Origin: Alphaproteobacteria bacterium | GTDB lineage: Bacteria; Pseudomonadota; Alphaproteobacteria; UBA828 | DNA: 64,000 nt | Reading direction: 5' to 3' | Assembly: GCA_965221125.1 (NCBI GenBank) | Contig: CBDCRW010000005.1 | Coordinates: 608,001 to 672,000, forward strand | In this document: positions 28,363-39,827 of the stretch, one piece after another | Position numbering within the stretch: position 1 is the first letter of the stretch | Layout of the letters: each line of letters starts with the position of its first letter | The notes under the pieces: model-generated | Databases searched by the model: none | What the model was told of the DNA's origin: nothing | Seen by the model: only the letters and a program-made list of their open reading frames with translations | Position numbers and translations under genes: made by a program

Positions 28363-30777
28363 CTAACCCGCGTCTTCGCCCGAGCTGCTGCCCGCATCCT
28401 CCGGCCCGTCGGCGGTCCGCTGGCGGGGCGTGCGATCGCGCTGCTCTGCCCGTCTCTTCCGCTCCGCCTTGTCGTCACCGGAGGCGGGCGGCGACGCCGG
28501 GCCGTCCCCGTCCCCGCGCGCTTCCTCGATGACCACGCGGGCGGCAGGCGCCCGGCCCTGCTTGTCCTCGCCGAAGTAGATCTGGGTGTGGGGGAAGGGA
28601 ATCTCGATGCCGCGTTCGTCGAAGGCGGCCTTGAGCCTGCGGTTGTACTCCCGCCCGGTCGCCCACTGCGTGAGCGGCCTGGTCTTGAGCCGGGCGCGGA
28701 CGATGACGGCCGAGTCGCCAAAACTGTTGAGGCCCATGATCTCCAGCGGCTCCAGCATGTTGGGGCCGTGCTCGGGGTCCCGCTGCAGGTCGGCGCCCAC
28801 CTCGCGCATGACGCCCGCCACCTCGTCGTAGTCCTCGCGGTAGGCCACGCCCATGTCGATCAGGTAGTAAGAGAACTCCTTGGTCATGTTGGAGATCGTG
28901 TCGACCGAGCTGTAGGGCACGGTGTGCACCTGCCCCTGCAGGTCCCGCATCCGGATCGTGCGGATGGTGATCGCCTCGACCGTGCCGGTATGGCCGCCGG
29001 CGGTCACCACGTCGCCGACGGCGACGCTGTCCTCCAGCAGGATGAAGAGCCCGGTGATGATGTCCTTCACCAGGGTCTGCGCGCCGAAGCCGATGGCGAG
29101 GCCGGCGACGCCGACGCCCGCCAGCACCGGCGCGATGTCGATGCCGATCTCGGAGAGGATCATCAGCGCCGCGATGATGCCGACGACGACGCGGAGCGCG
29201 TTGCGCGCGAGCGGCAGCAGCGTTCGCGCGCGCTGGCTCCGCTCCACCATCTCGCCCTTCTCGTCGACCTGAGTCAGGTAGCGGTCGATCAGGGTCGTCG
29301 CCACTTCCAGCACGATCGTGGCGATCAGCGCGATGGCGACGATGGAGGCGAGCGTCGCGATGACGGTGCGGCCCGTCTCGCTCGCGAGCCAGGTGAAGAT
29401 GTCGGCGTTCCAGGCCTCGAGGATGAGGCAGATCCCCAGCAGCAGGATCACCGCCTGCGCCGCGCGCCGCGCCACCGGCAGGTAGCGGTTGACCCTGGCC
29501 TGGAGCCCCGGATAGCGCTCGTGCAGCTCGGCGCGAATGCGGAAGCCCCGCTCGAAGGCGCGGCGGACGCCTGCGAAGCCGAAGCCCGTGGCCCAGGCGA
29601 TGACGACCGTGGCGGCGCTCCCCTTGACGAGGAAGAGGAAACCCTCGAGCCCCTCTGCCGCCGCCAGCAGCCCGCCGGCGACGACGTAGAGGATCGCCGG
29701 GATGTGCCAGAAATCCGCGAGCTTGCCGAGGAACGCGAAGACCCGCAGGTGCGCCCGCGTGCCGCTGGTCCGCCCGGTCTCGTGCAGCCAGCGCGCGAAG
29801 GCGATGCGGTTCTGCAGGATGAAGGTGATGAGGAGACCGACCAGGAGGACGCCGAGCAGGCGCACCAGCGCGGCATAGCCGCTCTCCGGCAGGCCGAGCA
29901 GCAGGGCCGCCTGGCAGAAGACGTAGCCGTAGGCCCCGATGTTCACCAGGCGCCGCCACCAGACCGAGCAATAGGCGGCGTTCTCGTCGCTGATCGGGGC
30001 GAGGCGCAGCTGCGGCGCGTAAGGCGCCAGCACCAGCGTGCCGGCCGCCTTGACCACGCTCACGATGAGGTGGGCGTTGATGATCGCAAGCGCGATCACG
30101 CGCAGCGCATCGGCCGGCGAGATGACGGTGAGGACGCCGTAGGCCACGCCGGCGGCGATCAGGTTGGGCGCCGCCCGGAGCACGGCGTGATAGAGCAGCA
30201 GCGGAGGCCGCAGCCAGAGGGAGGGCGCCTCCCGCCGCTCCACCCGGCGCCTGAGCGTGGTGAGCGCGTAGAAGGCGATCAGCCCGCCGGCGATGCCTGC
30301 GGCGATCACCGCGACCAGCTTGCCGAAGGAGATCAGCCAGGCGTCGCGCTCGTCGGGCTCGCCCCAGTGCTCGATGAGCCAGGCGATGGCATCGGGGATG
30401 CCGGCGATCTCCCGCGCGAGTGCCACGATGTGCTTGCCAAGCACGGCGACCCCGTCGGAGATCGCCCGCATGGCGGATGCACCCTCGGCATCCGCGCTCT
30501 CCTCCTCGGCCTGCCGGGCATCGAGCGCGGCCTTCAAATCGGCGAGGAAGCGCGCGCGCTGCTCCTCCGATTCGAGGGTCTCGACGAGGTTCTCGAGGGC
30601 CTGGGCATCCGCCGCGTCGGCGGCAGGCGCGCTCTCCTGCGCGAGCGCCGGCGCGCTTGCGGCGAGCCAGAGCGCCGTCAGGCACAGCGCCACCCAGCTC
30701 ACGATCCATGCGCGCGAGGGGCTCAGGCGCGGCCTCTGGACACCCGGCGGAAGCGCGTGCCAGAGTGCCGCCGCCAT
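28363..30777 (-). CDS. Large MscS-family mechanosensitive channel (YbiO-like); start uncertain
   Basis: Many TM helices; AGVGVAGLAIGFGAQTLVKD, VGDVV, IEIPFP. Confidence 0.9.
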   Translation of the reverse strand: MAAALWHALPPGVQRPRLSPSRAWIVSWVALCLTALWLAASAPALAQESAPAADAADAQALENLVETLESEEQRARFLADLKAALDARQAEEESADAEGASAMRAISDGVAVLGKHIVALAREIAGIPDAIAWLIEHWGEPDERDAWLISFGKLVAVIAAGIAGGLIAFYALTTLRRRVERREAPSLWLRPPLLLYHAVLRAAPNLIAAGVAYGVLTVISPADALRVIALAIINAHLIVSVVKAAGTLVLAPYAPQLRLAPISDENAAYCSVWWRRLVNIGAYGYVFCQAALLLGLPESGYAALVRLLGVLLVGLLITFILQNRIAFARWLHETGRTSGTRAHLRVFAFLGKLADFWHIPAILYVVAGGLLAAAEGLEGFLFLVKGSAATVVIAWATGFGFAGVRRAFERGFRIRAELHERYPGLQARVNRYLPVARRAAQAVILLLGICLILEAWNADIFTWLASETGRTVIATLASIVAIALIATIVLEVATTLIDRYLTQVDEKGEMVERSQRARTLLPLARNALRVVVGIIAALMILSEIGIDIAPVLAGVGVAGLAIGFGAQTLVKDIITGLFILLEDSVAVGDVVTAGGHTGTVEAITIRTIRMRDLQGQVHTVPYSSVDTISNMTKEFSYYLIDMGVAYREDYDEVAGVMREVGADLQRDPEHGPNMLEPLEIMGLNSFGDSAVIVRARLKTRPLTQWATGREYNRRLKAAFDERGIEIPFPHTQIYFGEDKQGRAPAARVVIEEARGDGDGPASPPASGDDKAERKRRAEQRDRTPRQRTADGPEDAGSSSGEDAG

Positions 30778-30799
30778 GCGATGCACCGGGAGGGACGAC

Positions 30800-31147
30800 A
30801 TGGCGGTGACTATTTACCACAACCCGCGCTGCTCCAAGTCCCGTCAAGCGTTGCAGTTGTTGCGGGACCGGGGCGTCGAGCCGGAAATCGTGGAGTACCT
30901 GACGTCGCCGCCGTCCGCCGACGAGATCGACGCGGTGCTCGCCAAGCTCAGCCTGGAGCCGCGCGCGGTGATGCGCGCGAAGGAGGCCGCCTACCGCGAG
31001 GCCGGCATGGGCGACGAGGGCCTCTCGCGGCGCGCGCTGATCGACCTCATGGTCGCCAATCCCGTCGTGATCGAGCGGCCGATCGTGGTGAACGGCGAGC
31101 GCGCGGCCCTCGGCCGCCCGCCCGAGAACGTGCTCTCGGTCCTCTAG
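30800..31147 (+). CDS. arsC: Arsenate reductase (glutaredoxin-dependent family)
   Basis: IYHNPRCSKSR, IERPIV, GRPPE. Confidence 0.9.
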   Translation: MAVTIYHNPRCSKSRQALQLLRDRGVEPEIVEYLTSPPSADEIDAVLAKLSLEPRAVMRAKEAAYREAGMGDEGLSRRALIDLMVANPVVIERPIVVNGERAALGRPPENVLSVL

Positions 31148-32113
31148 GTGCCCGTGGCGCTGCCGGTCGTCTTCCACCCGGACTACACCGTCCCGCTGCC
31201 GCCCGGCCATCGCTTCCCCATCGGCAAGTTCGGCCGGATCAAGGACGTGCTGCTGGAGGACGGCGTGATCGCGCCGTCCGATCTGGTGGAGCCCGTGCCT
31301 GCGAGCCAGGCGTGGCTCACGCGCGCCCATGACGAGGCCTACGTCGACGCGGTGATGGCGTTGGCACTCGACCGCCGGGCGGTGCGGCGCTTAGGGTTGC
31401 CGCTCTCCGACGCGCTGGTGCGCCGCGGGCGCGCGGCGGTCGGCGGGACCGTGCTCGCGGGCCGGCTTGCGCTCAGGCACGGGCTCGCCTGCAACACGGC
31501 GGGTGGCAGCCACCACGCCTTCGCCAATCACGGCGCGGGCTTCTGCCTCTTCAACGATGTCGCCGTCGCCATCCGCGTGCTGCGGGGCGAGGGGCTGATC
31601 GAGCGCGCGCTGGTGGTCGATCTCGACGTCCACCAGGGCGACGGCACCGCCGCGATCTTCCGGGGCGAGCCGGAGACCTTCACCTTCTCGCTCCACTGCG
31701 AGGCGAACTACCCGCCCGCCAAGGAGACGAGCGACCTCGACATCGGCGTGCCCCCCGGCACCGGCGATGCGGTCTACCACTCGGTGCTCGCGACCCACCT
31801 GCCGGGCCTCGTCGCCCGCCATCGGCCCGACATCGTGTTCTACAATGCCGGCGTCGATCCCCACGCCGAGGACAAGCTCGGCCGGCTCGCCCTCACGGGC
31901 GAGGGGATCGCCAGGCGCGACCGCTACGTGATCGAGACCTGCCGCGCCGCCGGCGTGGCGTGCGCCTGCGTCGTCGGCGGCGGCTATGCCGACGATCTCG
32001 ACCGCCTCGCCCGGCGGCACACGAGCGTCCACCGGGCCGCGGTGGCGGTGGCGGCGATGGCAGCCCCGGCAGAGGGGCGGCCGCGGGTCCGGGTCGCGGG
32101 AGGAAGGCGATGA
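31148..32113 (+). CDS. Histone deacetylase family protein
   Basis: [27 protein letters not shown]. Confidence 0.92.
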   Translation: MPVALPVVFHPDYTVPLPPGHRFPIGKFGRIKDVLLEDGVIAPSDLVEPVPASQAWLTRAHDEAYVDAVMALALDRRAVRRLGLPLSDALVRRGRAAVGGTVLAGRLALRHGLACNTAGGSHHAFANHGAGFCLFNDVAVAIRVLRGEGLIERALVVDLDVHQGDGTAAIFRGEPETFTFSLHCEANYPPAKETSDLDIGVPPGTGDAVYHSVLATHLPGLVARHRPDIVFYNAGVDPHAEDKLGRLALTGEGIARRDRYVIETCRAAGVACACVVGGGYADDLDRLARRHTSVHRAAVAVAAMAAPAEGRPRVRVAGGRR

Positions 32114-33141
32114 AGGCTGCGGTTATCCACGGCTACGGCGAGGCGTTCGACACCATCGTCTACGAGGACGTGCAGACGCCGGCGGCCGGCCCCGGAGAGC
32201 TGCTCATCGAGGTCCATGCCTCCGGCGTGAACCACTGCGATACCGACCTGCGCAAGGGCCTCTTCGGCGTGGACAGCCCCATGCCCCATGTCATGGGGGT
32301 CGACGCGGCAGGCGCGGTCGCCGACGTCGGCCCCGGCGTGACGGGGTTCGCCGAGGGCGACCGGGTCGCGCCCCACTTCATGCTGAGCTGCGGCGCCTGC
32401 GCCGACTGCCGCGACGGGCGCGAGAACCTGTGCATGAACGCCGGCGTGCTCGGCGTCACCCACTGGGGCGGCTACGCCGAGTACGTGAAGGTGCGCCACG
32501 ACCACGTGGTCCGGATTCCCGATTCGCTCTCCTACGAGGACGCGGTGGCGGGCCAGATCCCCTTCGCGACGGCGTGGGAGGCGCTGATCGAGGAGATCGG
32601 CGTTCGCGCCGGCGAGACGGTGCTGATCACGGCGGCGGGCGGCGGCGTGGGCTCGGCTGCGGTGCAGATCGCGAAGCTTGCGGGCGCGCGGGTGATCGCG
32701 GCTGCCGGCGCCGAGGAGAAGCTGGAGAAGGCGCTCGCGCTTGGCGCCGACGCGGCCATCGACTACACGCGCGAGGATCTGGGCGACGCGGCCCGGCGGC
32801 TCACCGACGGACGCGGCGTGGACGCGGCGCTGGAGATGACCGGCGGCGCGATCCTGGTGGGCGCCATCGACGCGCTCGCGCCCGGCGCCCGCCTCGCCAC
32901 CATCGGCGCCCACGGTGGCGAGCAGGTGGAGATCGACTTCATCGAGTTCTTCCGCAAGCACATCGCCGTGCACGGCTGCGGGCGGTCCACCAAGACCCAC
33001 GTGGAGCAGGTGCTGCGGCTGATGGCGGAGGGCCACCTCAATCCGGTGATCCACCAGACCTTCGCCTTGAGCGAGGCATCGGCGGCGCATGCGCTGATGG
33101 AGAGCCGCAACTTCTTCGGCCGCATGATCATGCGGCCCTGA
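32110..33141 (+). CDS. Zinc-binding alcohol dehydrogenase/quinone oxidoreductase (MDR)
   Basis: CGACADC...C structural Zn site; AGGGVG; ATGA overlap. Confidence 0.88.
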   Translation: MKAAVIHGYGEAFDTIVYEDVQTPAAGPGELLIEVHASGVNHCDTDLRKGLFGVDSPMPHVMGVDAAGAVADVGPGVTGFAEGDRVAPHFMLSCGACADCRDGRENLCMNAGVLGVTHWGGYAEYVKVRHDHVVRIPDSLSYEDAVAGQIPFATAWEALIEEIGVRAGETVLITAAGGGVGSAAVQIAKLAGARVIAAAGAEEKLEKALALGADAAIDYTREDLGDAARRLTDGRGVDAALEMTGGAILVGAIDALAPGARLATIGAHGGEQVEIDFIEFFRKHIAVHGCGRSTKTHVEQVLRLMAEGHLNPVIHQTFALSEASAAHALMESRNFFGRMIMRP

Positions 33142-33155
33142 TTCGATCGAACACG

Positions 33156-33806
33156 GTGCCCGATCCGCTCGGCAACTTCGCGTTCACCTGGCCGTTCTAC
33201 GCGGGCGGGGTCATCGCCTATCTGATCGGCGCGCTGCCCATGGGCTTGATCGTGGCGCGCCTCTTTCGGCTCGGCGACCTGCGCCGCATCGGCTCGGGCA
33301 ACATCGGCGCCACCAACGTGCTGCGGACCGGCAACAAGGCGGCCGCGGCGCTCACCCTGCTGCTCGACGGCGGCAAGGGCGCCGTGGCGGTGGTCATCGC
33401 CCAGCGCTTCGGCCCCGACATGGCGGTGATCGCCGCCGGTGCCGTGGTCGTCGGCCACGTCGCGCCGGTCTGGCTGCTCTTCAAGGGCGGCAAGGGCGTG
33501 GCCACGACGCTGGGCGTCCTGCTCGCGATCGCCTGGCCGCTTGGCCTGATCGCCTGCGGGCTCTGGCTCGCCGTCGCCGGGCTCTTCCGCTATTCCTCCC
33601 TCGCCGCGCTGATCGCGATCTGCGCCACGCCGGGGTTCGCAATCCTCTTCGACATGCCGCAGATCGCCTGGCTCGCGGGCTTCCTCGCGGTCATCGTGAC
33701 GCTACGCCATGCCGGGAACATCGTGCGCCTCGCCCGTGGTCGCGAGCCCCGGATCGGGCGGAGCGCCCCGGCCGCGCCCGAGGCCGACCCCCCGGCGGGC
33801 CAGTGA
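33156..33806 (+). CDS. plsY: Glycerol-3-phosphate acyltransferase PlsY
   Basis: GSGNIGATNVLR, FKGGKGVAT, RHAGNIVRL. Confidence 0.95.
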   Translation: MPDPLGNFAFTWPFYAGGVIAYLIGALPMGLIVARLFRLGDLRRIGSGNIGATNVLRTGNKAAAALTLLLDGGKGAVAVVIAQRFGPDMAVIAAGAVVVGHVAPVWLLFKGGKGVATTLGVLLAIAWPLGLIACGLWLAVAGLFRYSSLAALIAICATPGFAILFDMPQIAWLAGFLAVIVTLRHAGNIVRLARGREPRIGRSAPAAPEADPPAGQ

Positions 33807-34951
33807 GCGTTCCCGGTCCCGACGAGCGCCGCACGCTCTCGGACGCCGAGCGGCTCGACTGGCTGCGCCTCGCCAGAAGCGAGAACGTGGGCCCCATCAC
33901 GTTTTTCGCTCTGCTGGAGCGCTTCGGCACGGCCGCCGCCGTGCTCGAGGCGCTGCCGGCGCTCGCGCGGCGCGGCGGCCGGCGGCGCCCGATCAAGGTC
34001 TGCGCGCGCACCGCGGCCGAGCGCGAAATCGAGGCGCTCAGCGCGCTCGGCGGGCGCATGATCGCACTGGTCGAACCCGCCTACCCCGAGCCGCTTGCTG
34101 CCACCGCCGACCCGCCGCCGGTGCTCAGCCTGCGGGGCCGCGCGGACCTGCTTGCGACCGACTGCATCGCGGTCGTGGGCGCGCGCAACGCGTCGGCGAA
34201 CGGACTTCACTTCGCCGAGCGCCTGGCGGCGGACCTCGGCGCGGCCGGGCTCACCGTGGTCTCGGGCATGGCGCGCGGCATCGACGCCCGCGCCCACGTC
34301 GGCGCGATGGATACCGGCACGGTGGCGATCATGGGCGGCGGCGTCGACGTGCTCTACCCCAAGGAGAACGGCTCGCTCTTCGAGCGTCTCCTGACGGAAG
34401 GCGCGGTGATCGCGGAGGCGCCGCTCGGCACCGTGCCCATGGGCCGCCACTTCCCGCGCCGCAACCGCATCATCGCGGGCCTCTCCCGCGGCGTCGTCGT
34501 GGTGGAAGGGGCGGCGCGTTCCGGCTCGCTGATCACGGCCCGGCTCGCGCTCGAGCAGGGACGCGAGGTGATGGCGGTTCCGGGCTCGCCCCTCGACCCC
34601 CGCGCGAGCGGCCCCAACCGCCTGATTCGACAGGGGGCGACACTGGTGGAGAACGCGAACGACGTGCTCGACGCGCTGGCCGAAGGCGGCCGCCCGGTGC
34701 TTGCCGAGTGCCGGCAACGGTGGCCGTCAGACGCCGCTCCCGCCGCTCCGGAGGAGGACCAAGCGCCGGCCGATGCACGCGAATCCCTGGCCCAACTGCT
34801 GGGCGCCAGCCCGGTGCCGGTGGACCTTCTGGTGCGGCAGAGCCGGTTGACTCCCGCGATGGTGGCGACCATTTTGCTGGAGCTTGAGTTGGCGGGACGC
34901 CTGGAGAGACACTCGGGCAACCGCGTTTCACACTCTCAGCCGGCGGCGTAG
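33803..34951 (+). CDS. dprA: DNA-processing protein DprA
   Basis: VVGARNAS, VSGMARGID, FPRRNRII, SGSLITA. Confidence 0.95.
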   Translation: MSVPGPDERRTLSDAERLDWLRLARSENVGPITFFALLERFGTAAAVLEALPALARRGGRRRPIKVCARTAAEREIEALSALGGRMIALVEPAYPEPLAATADPPPVLSLRGRADLLATDCIAVVGARNASANGLHFAERLAADLGAAGLTVVSGMARGIDARAHVGAMDTGTVAIMGGGVDVLYPKENGSLFERLLTEGAVIAEAPLGTVPMGRHFPRRNRIIAGLSRGVVVVEGAARSGSLITARLALEQGREVMAVPGSPLDPRASGPNRLIRQGATLVENANDVLDALAEGGRPVLAECRQRWPSDAAPAAPEEDQAPADARESLAQLLGASPVPVDLLVRQSRLTPAMVATILLELELAGRLERHSGNRVSHSQPAA

Positions 34952-34986
34952 CGCCGCCCACAGGCGCTACCGGAAATCGTTTCAGG

Positions 34987-37605
34987 ATGAACGTCGTCGT
35001 CGTCGAATCGCCTACCAAGGCGTCAACCATCGGCAGGTACCTGGGGCCCGACTACACGGTCGTGGCCTCCTACGGCCATGTCCGCGACCTCCTGCCGAAG
35101 GACGGGTCCGTGCGCCCGGACGATGCCTTCGCCATGGACTGGACCGTCTCCGACGGCGCGGAGAAGCACATCGGCGCCATCGGCCGGGCACTCAGAGGCG
35201 CCCAAAAACTCTACCTCGCCACCGACCCCGACCGCGAGGGCGAGGCGATCTCCTGGCACGTGCGGGACGAGCTCGGCCGGCGCGGGCTGCTCGACGGCGT
35301 CGCCGTGCAGCGCGTGGTCTTCTCCGAAGTCACCAAGTCCGCCGTGCTCGACGCCATGGCCGCGCCCCGCGACCTCGACGACAACCTGATCGACGCCTAT
35401 AAGGCGCGCCGCGCGCTCGACTACCTGGTGGGCTTCACGCTTTCGCCCGTGCTCTGGCGCAAGCTCCCCGGCTCGCGCTCGGCCGGCCGCGTGCAGTCCG
35501 TGGCGCTCCGGCTGATCTGCGCGCGCGAGGTCGAGATCGAGGCCTTCAAGCCCCGAGAATACTGGTCGATCGAGGTCGATCTCGACACGCCCAGGGACGA
35601 GCGCGTGGTCGCCCGCCTCGTGAGCCTGGAAGGCGAGAAGCTCGGCAAGTACGCGCTCGGCGATCAGGCGGCGGCGGAGCAGGCTGCCGCGCTGGTGCGC
35701 GACGGCCGCTACCGGGTCGCGTCGGTCGAAACCAGGCGGGTCAAGCGCAATCCGGCACCGCCGTTCACCACGTCGACGCTGCAGCAGGAGGCCTCGCGCA
35801 AGCTGGGGTTCGCCGCGCGGCGCACCATGCAGGTGGCCCAGCAGCTCTACGAAGGCATCGCCGTGGGCGGCGAGCAGGTGGGCCTCATCACCTACATGCG
35901 GACCGACGGCGTGCAGATCGCCGAGCAGGCGCTGCGCCAGGCCAGGGACGTGATCGGCCGGCGCTACGGCAAGGCCTATGTGCCCGAGAAAGCCCGCCGC
36001 TACCGCACCAAGGCGAAGAACGCACAGGAGGCGCACGAGGCGATCCGCCCCACCGATCTCGCCCGCGATCCGCGCTCGCTCGCAGGCGCGCTCAACAAGG
36101 ACCAGGCCCGGCTCTACGAGCTGATCTGGAAGCGCGCGCTGGCGAGCCAGATGGCGAGCGCCGAGATCGACCGGGTGAGCGTGGACATCGCCTCCGGCGA
36201 CGGCCGCGTGGGCCTGCGCGCCACGGGCTCCACGGTCGCCTTCGACGGCTTTTTCCGGGTCTATCAGGAGGGCCGGGACGACACGCGAAAGGACAGTGGC
36301 GACGACGCGGACGATGAGCGCACGCTGCCTGCGGTGAAAGAGGGCGAGGCGATGGCGGTCGCCGGCGTCACACCGAACAAGCACGTGACCGAGCCGCCGC
36401 CCCGCTACTCCGAAGCGAGCCTCGTGCGCCGGCTGGAAGAACTCGGCATCGGCCGCCCCTCCACCTACGCCTCGATCATCTCGGTGTTGCAGGACCGCAA
36501 CTACGTGCGCCTGGAGAAGCGCCGCTTCATGCCGGAGGATCGCGGGCGCATCGTCACGGTGTTCCTGGAGAGTTTTTTCAGCCGCTACGTCGAATACGAC
36601 TTCACGGCCTCGCTGGAAGGCCAGCTCGATACCGTCTCCGCCGGCGAGATCGACTGGCGGCAGGTGCTGAGCGAATTCTGGCGCGATTTCGCCGGCGCGG
36701 TGGAGGAGACCAAGGGGCTCAGGGTCAAGCATGTCCTGGATGCCCTTGACGAGACCCTGGGCAGGCACCTGTTCCCGGCCGAGGACGGCGGCGAGGATCG
36801 CCGCTGCCCCTCCTGCGAGGACGGCCGGCTCGGGCTCAAGCTCGGCCGCTACGGCCCCTTCGTCGGCTGCGCCAACTATCCCGAGTGCCGCTTCACCCGC
36901 CCGCTCGCCGACGCCGGCGACGAGGCGGCGGAGCCCCGCACGCTGGGCAGCGATCCGGAGACCGGCCTGCCGGTCGCCTTGAAGCGCGGCCCCTACGGGC
37001 TCTACGTCGAGCGCGTCGCCCCGGAAGGCGCCAAGGAGAAGCCCAAGCGGGTCTCCCTGCCGCAGGACCTCGCGCCCGACATGGTCGACCTGGAGACGGC
37101 GGTGGGCCTGCTCGCGCTGCCCCGCGAGGTCGGCACCCATCCCGAGAGCGGCAAGCCGATCACCGCCGGGATCGGCCGCTTCGGCGCCTACGTCAAGCAC
37201 GACGGCGCCTATCGCTCGCTGCCGCGCGGCGAGAACGTGCTGACGGTGGGTCTCAACCGGGCGGTGGTGCTGATCGCCGAGAAGAAGGGGGGCGCAAAGG
37301 TGCTGCGCGAGCTCGGCGCCCATCCCGCGGGCGGCGAGCCCGTGCGGCTCTACACCGGCCGCTACGGGCCCTATGTCCAGCATCGCAGGCTGCGCGCGTC
37401 GCTGCCCAAGGGCACGTCCGACGAGGACCTGACCCTCGAGCAGGCCGTCACGCTGCTCGCCGCCAAGGCGAAGAAGGGCGGCGCGAAGAAGACCGCCGGA
37501 GGGCGGCGGAAGTCGGCGGCGGCGAAGGCCGGCGGGGCGCGAAGGACGAAGGCGAAGCGCGCCCCGAGCCCGCAGCCGGACGCGCCTGCCGGCGGCGCGC
37601 CATAG
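34987..37605 (+). CDS. topA: DNA topoisomerase I
   Basis: VESPTKA, ATDPDREGEAI, SAGRVQS, ITYMRTD, GIGRPSTY; Zn ribbon and C-terminal repeats. Confidence 0.97.
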   Translation: MNVVVVESPTKASTIGRYLGPDYTVVASYGHVRDLLPKDGSVRPDDAFAMDWTVSDGAEKHIGAIGRALRGAQKLYLATDPDREGEAISWHVRDELGRRGLLDGVAVQRVVFSEVTKSAVLDAMAAPRDLDDNLIDAYKARRALDYLVGFTLSPVLWRKLPGSRSAGRVQSVALRLICAREVEIEAFKPREYWSIEVDLDTPRDERVVARLVSLEGEKLGKYALGDQAAAEQAAALVRDGRYRVASVETRRVKRNPAPPFTTSTLQQEASRKLGFAARRTMQVAQQLYEGIAVGGEQVGLITYMRTDGVQIAEQALRQARDVIGRRYGKAYVPEKARRYRTKAKNAQEAHEAIRPTDLARDPRSLAGALNKDQARLYELIWKRALASQMASAEIDRVSVDIASGDGRVGLRATGSTVAFDGFFRVYQEGRDDTRKDSGDDADDERTLPAVKEGEAMAVAGVTPNKHVTEPPPRYSEASLVRRLEELGIGRPSTYASIISVLQDRNYVRLEKRRFMPEDRGRIVTVFLESFFSRYVEYDFTASLEGQLDTVSAGEIDWRQVLSEFWRDFAGAVEETKGLRVKHVLDALDETLGRHLFPAEDGGEDRRCPSCEDGRLGLKLGRYGPFVGCANYPECRFTRPLADAGDEAAEPRTLGSDPETGLPVALKRGPYGLYVERVAPEGAKEKPKRVSLPQDLAPDMVDLETAVGLLALPREVGTHPESGKPITAGIGRFGAYVKHDGAYRSLPRGENVLTVGLNRAVVLIAEKKGGAKVLRELGAHPAGGEPVRLYTGRYGPYVQHRRLRASLPKGTSDEDLTLEQAVTLLAAKAKKGGAKKTAGGRRKSAAAKAGGARRTKAKRAPSPQPDAPAGGAP

Positions 37606-37620
37606 CGGCCCGCACACGCC

Positions 37621-39825
37621 TTGGCGGGCAAGCCGGCTCCCTTTCCCAGCAAGGACGAGGTGCTGCGCTTTGTCCGGGAGAGCCCGGGCAGGGTCGGCCG
37701 GCGCGAGATCGCGCGCGCCTTCGGCATCCGCGGCAACGACCGCGCCGCGCTGACGGAGCTCCTGCGCGCGCTGGAGGAGGAAGGCGCGCTCGAAGGCCGG
37801 CGCAAGCGGCGCCGTCCTGCCGGAACCCTGCCGTCCGTCACGGTGCTGGAGGTCGACGGCCTCGACGAGGACGGCGCGCTCACGGCCCGGCCCACGCGGT
37901 GGGAGGAGCCCGATCCGCCGCCGCCGATCACGCTCGACCCGGCGCCACGGGGCGTGCACGAGCCGGGGGAAGGCGACCGGGTGCTGGCGCGGCTCAGGCC
38001 CGCGCCGGATGGCGGCGGCTACCTGGCGCGGCCCATGCGCGTGCTGGACGACCGCCCCCGCCGGGTGGTCGGGGTCTTCCGCGCGGACGGGCGGGGCGGC
38101 GGGACGATCGAGCCGTCCGACCGGCGCTCTCGGCGGGATTTCGCGGTAAGCGCGGAGGATAGCGCCGCTGCCCGCTCCGGCGAGCTGGTGGTGGCCGACA
38201 CCCTGGAGGGCCGGCGCCACGGCCTGGTGGAAGCCAAGGTGGTCGAGCGGTTGGGCGACGGGGATTTGCCCGGTGCGATCAGTCTGGCGGTGATCCATGG
38301 CCACGGCCTGCCGGTCGACTTTCCGGCAGAAGCGTTGGCGGAGGCGGAGCAAGCGGTGGCGCCGGGTCTCGACGGGCGCTCCGACCTGCGGGCGCTTCCG
38401 CTCGTCACCATCGACGGCGCGGACGCCCGCGATTTCGACGATGCGGTCTGGGCCGAGGCCGATTCCGCGCCAGACAATGCGGGCGGCTGGCGCGCCGTCG
38501 TCGCCATCGCCGACGTGGCGCACTTCGTGCGGCCGGGCAGCGCGCTCGACAAGGCGGCGCGGGAGCGCGGCAACTCCGCCTATTTTCCCGACCGCGTGGT
38601 GCCGATGCTGCCGGAGGCGCTTTCGGCCGGCCTCTGCTCGCTGAAACCCGGCGAGGACCGCGCCTGCCTCGCCGCGCACCTCAGGATCGACGCGGACGGC
38701 ACACTGCGCGACTGGCGCTTCGAGCGCGCGCTCATGCGCTCGGCCGCGCGCCTCACGTACGCGGCCGTGCAGGACGCTGCCGATGGGGAGGGCGACGGCC
38801 TGCCCGAGCCAGCCAAGGCCGCGATCCCCGCCCTGTACGGGGTCTACGGCGCGCTCAGGGCGGCGCGGGAGCGGCGCGGTGCGCTCGACCTGGAGCTGCC
38901 CGAGCGTGTCGTCACCCTCGCGGACGACGGCACGGTGGCCCACATCGGCTTCGCGCGCCGCTACGATAGCCACCGCCTGATCGAGGAGCTGATGGTCGCG
39001 GCCAACGTCGCCGCCGCCAGCGCGCTCGAAGCGAAGCACGCACCCTGCATGTACCGCGTCCACGACCGGCCCGACACGGCGAAGCTGGAGACGCTCCGCG
39101 AGTTCATGCGCAGCCGCGGGATCGCGCTGCCGCGGGGCGGCGCGGTCCGCCCCGACACCTTCAACCGCTTCCTCGCCCTGCTCGAAGACCCGAGAAACGT
39201 GGGGGTCGCCAGCCTGATGATCCTGCGCGCCCAGGCGCAGGCCGAGTACAGCCCGCGCAACATCGGGCATTTCGGCCTCGGCCTCGCGCGCTACGCCCAC
39301 TTCACCTCGCCGATCCGCCGCTACGCGGACCTGCTGGTGCACCGCGCCCTGATCGACGCCTACGGCCTCGGGCCGGGCGGCTCCGGGCGCGGCGGTGCGG
39401 ACGCGCTGGAACTCGCGGGCACGCACATCTCGTCGACCGAACGGCGCGCGCAGGCCGCCGAGCGCGACGCGCTGGATCGCTACTGCGCCGCCTATCTCGC
39501 CCAGCACACGGGCGCGGAGTTCGCCGGCCGCATCGCCGGCGTGACCCGCTTCGGCGTCTTCGTCTCGCTCGACGAGACCGGGGCCGAGGGGCTCGTGCCG
39601 GCACGAACGCTCGGCGCGGGCAGGCCGCGCTTCGATGCCAGGCGCCAGACCCTCGATGCAGGCGGCCGCACGCTCTGCCTGGGCGATCCCGTGGTCGTGA
39701 TGCTGGAGGAGGCGGAGCCCATGTCGGGCGGCCTGACCTTCTCGCTCGTCGCCGTGGGCGGAGAGGGCTGGGAGGCGTCGGGCCGAGACGGCGGGCGGCG
39801 CGGGAGGCCGCGGCGGCGGCGCTGA
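37621..39825 (+). CDS. rnr: Ribonuclease R
   Basis: TIDGADARDFDDA, HFTSPIRRYADL, S1 domain. Confidence 0.95.
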   Translation: MAGKPAPFPSKDEVLRFVRESPGRVGRREIARAFGIRGNDRAALTELLRALEEEGALEGRRKRRRPAGTLPSVTVLEVDGLDEDGALTARPTRWEEPDPPPPITLDPAPRGVHEPGEGDRVLARLRPAPDGGGYLARPMRVLDDRPRRVVGVFRADGRGGGTIEPSDRRSRRDFAVSAEDSAAARSGELVVADTLEGRRHGLVEAKVVERLGDGDLPGAISLAVIHGHGLPVDFPAEALAEAEQAVAPGLDGRSDLRALPLVTIDGADARDFDDAVWAEADSAPDNAGGWRAVVAIADVAHFVRPGSALDKAARERGNSAYFPDRVVPMLPEALSAGLCSLKPGEDRACLAAHLRIDADGTLRDWRFERALMRSAARLTYAAVQDAADGEGDGLPEPAKAAIPALYGVYGALRAARERRGALDLELPERVVTLADDGTVAHIGFARRYDSHRLIEELMVAANVAAASALEAKHAPCMYRVHDRPDTAKLETLREFMRSRGIALPRGGAVRPDTFNRFLALLEDPRNVGVASLMILRAQAQAEYSPRNIGHFGLGLARYAHFTSPIRRYADLLVHRALIDAYGLGPGGSGRGGADALELAGTHISSTERRAQAAERDALDRYCAAYLAQHTGAEFAGRIAGVTRFGVFVSLDETGAEGLVPARTLGAGRPRFDARRQTLDAGGRTLCLGDPVVVMLEEAEPMSGGLTFSLVAVGGEGWEASGRDGGRRGRPRRRR

Positions 39826-39827
39826 CC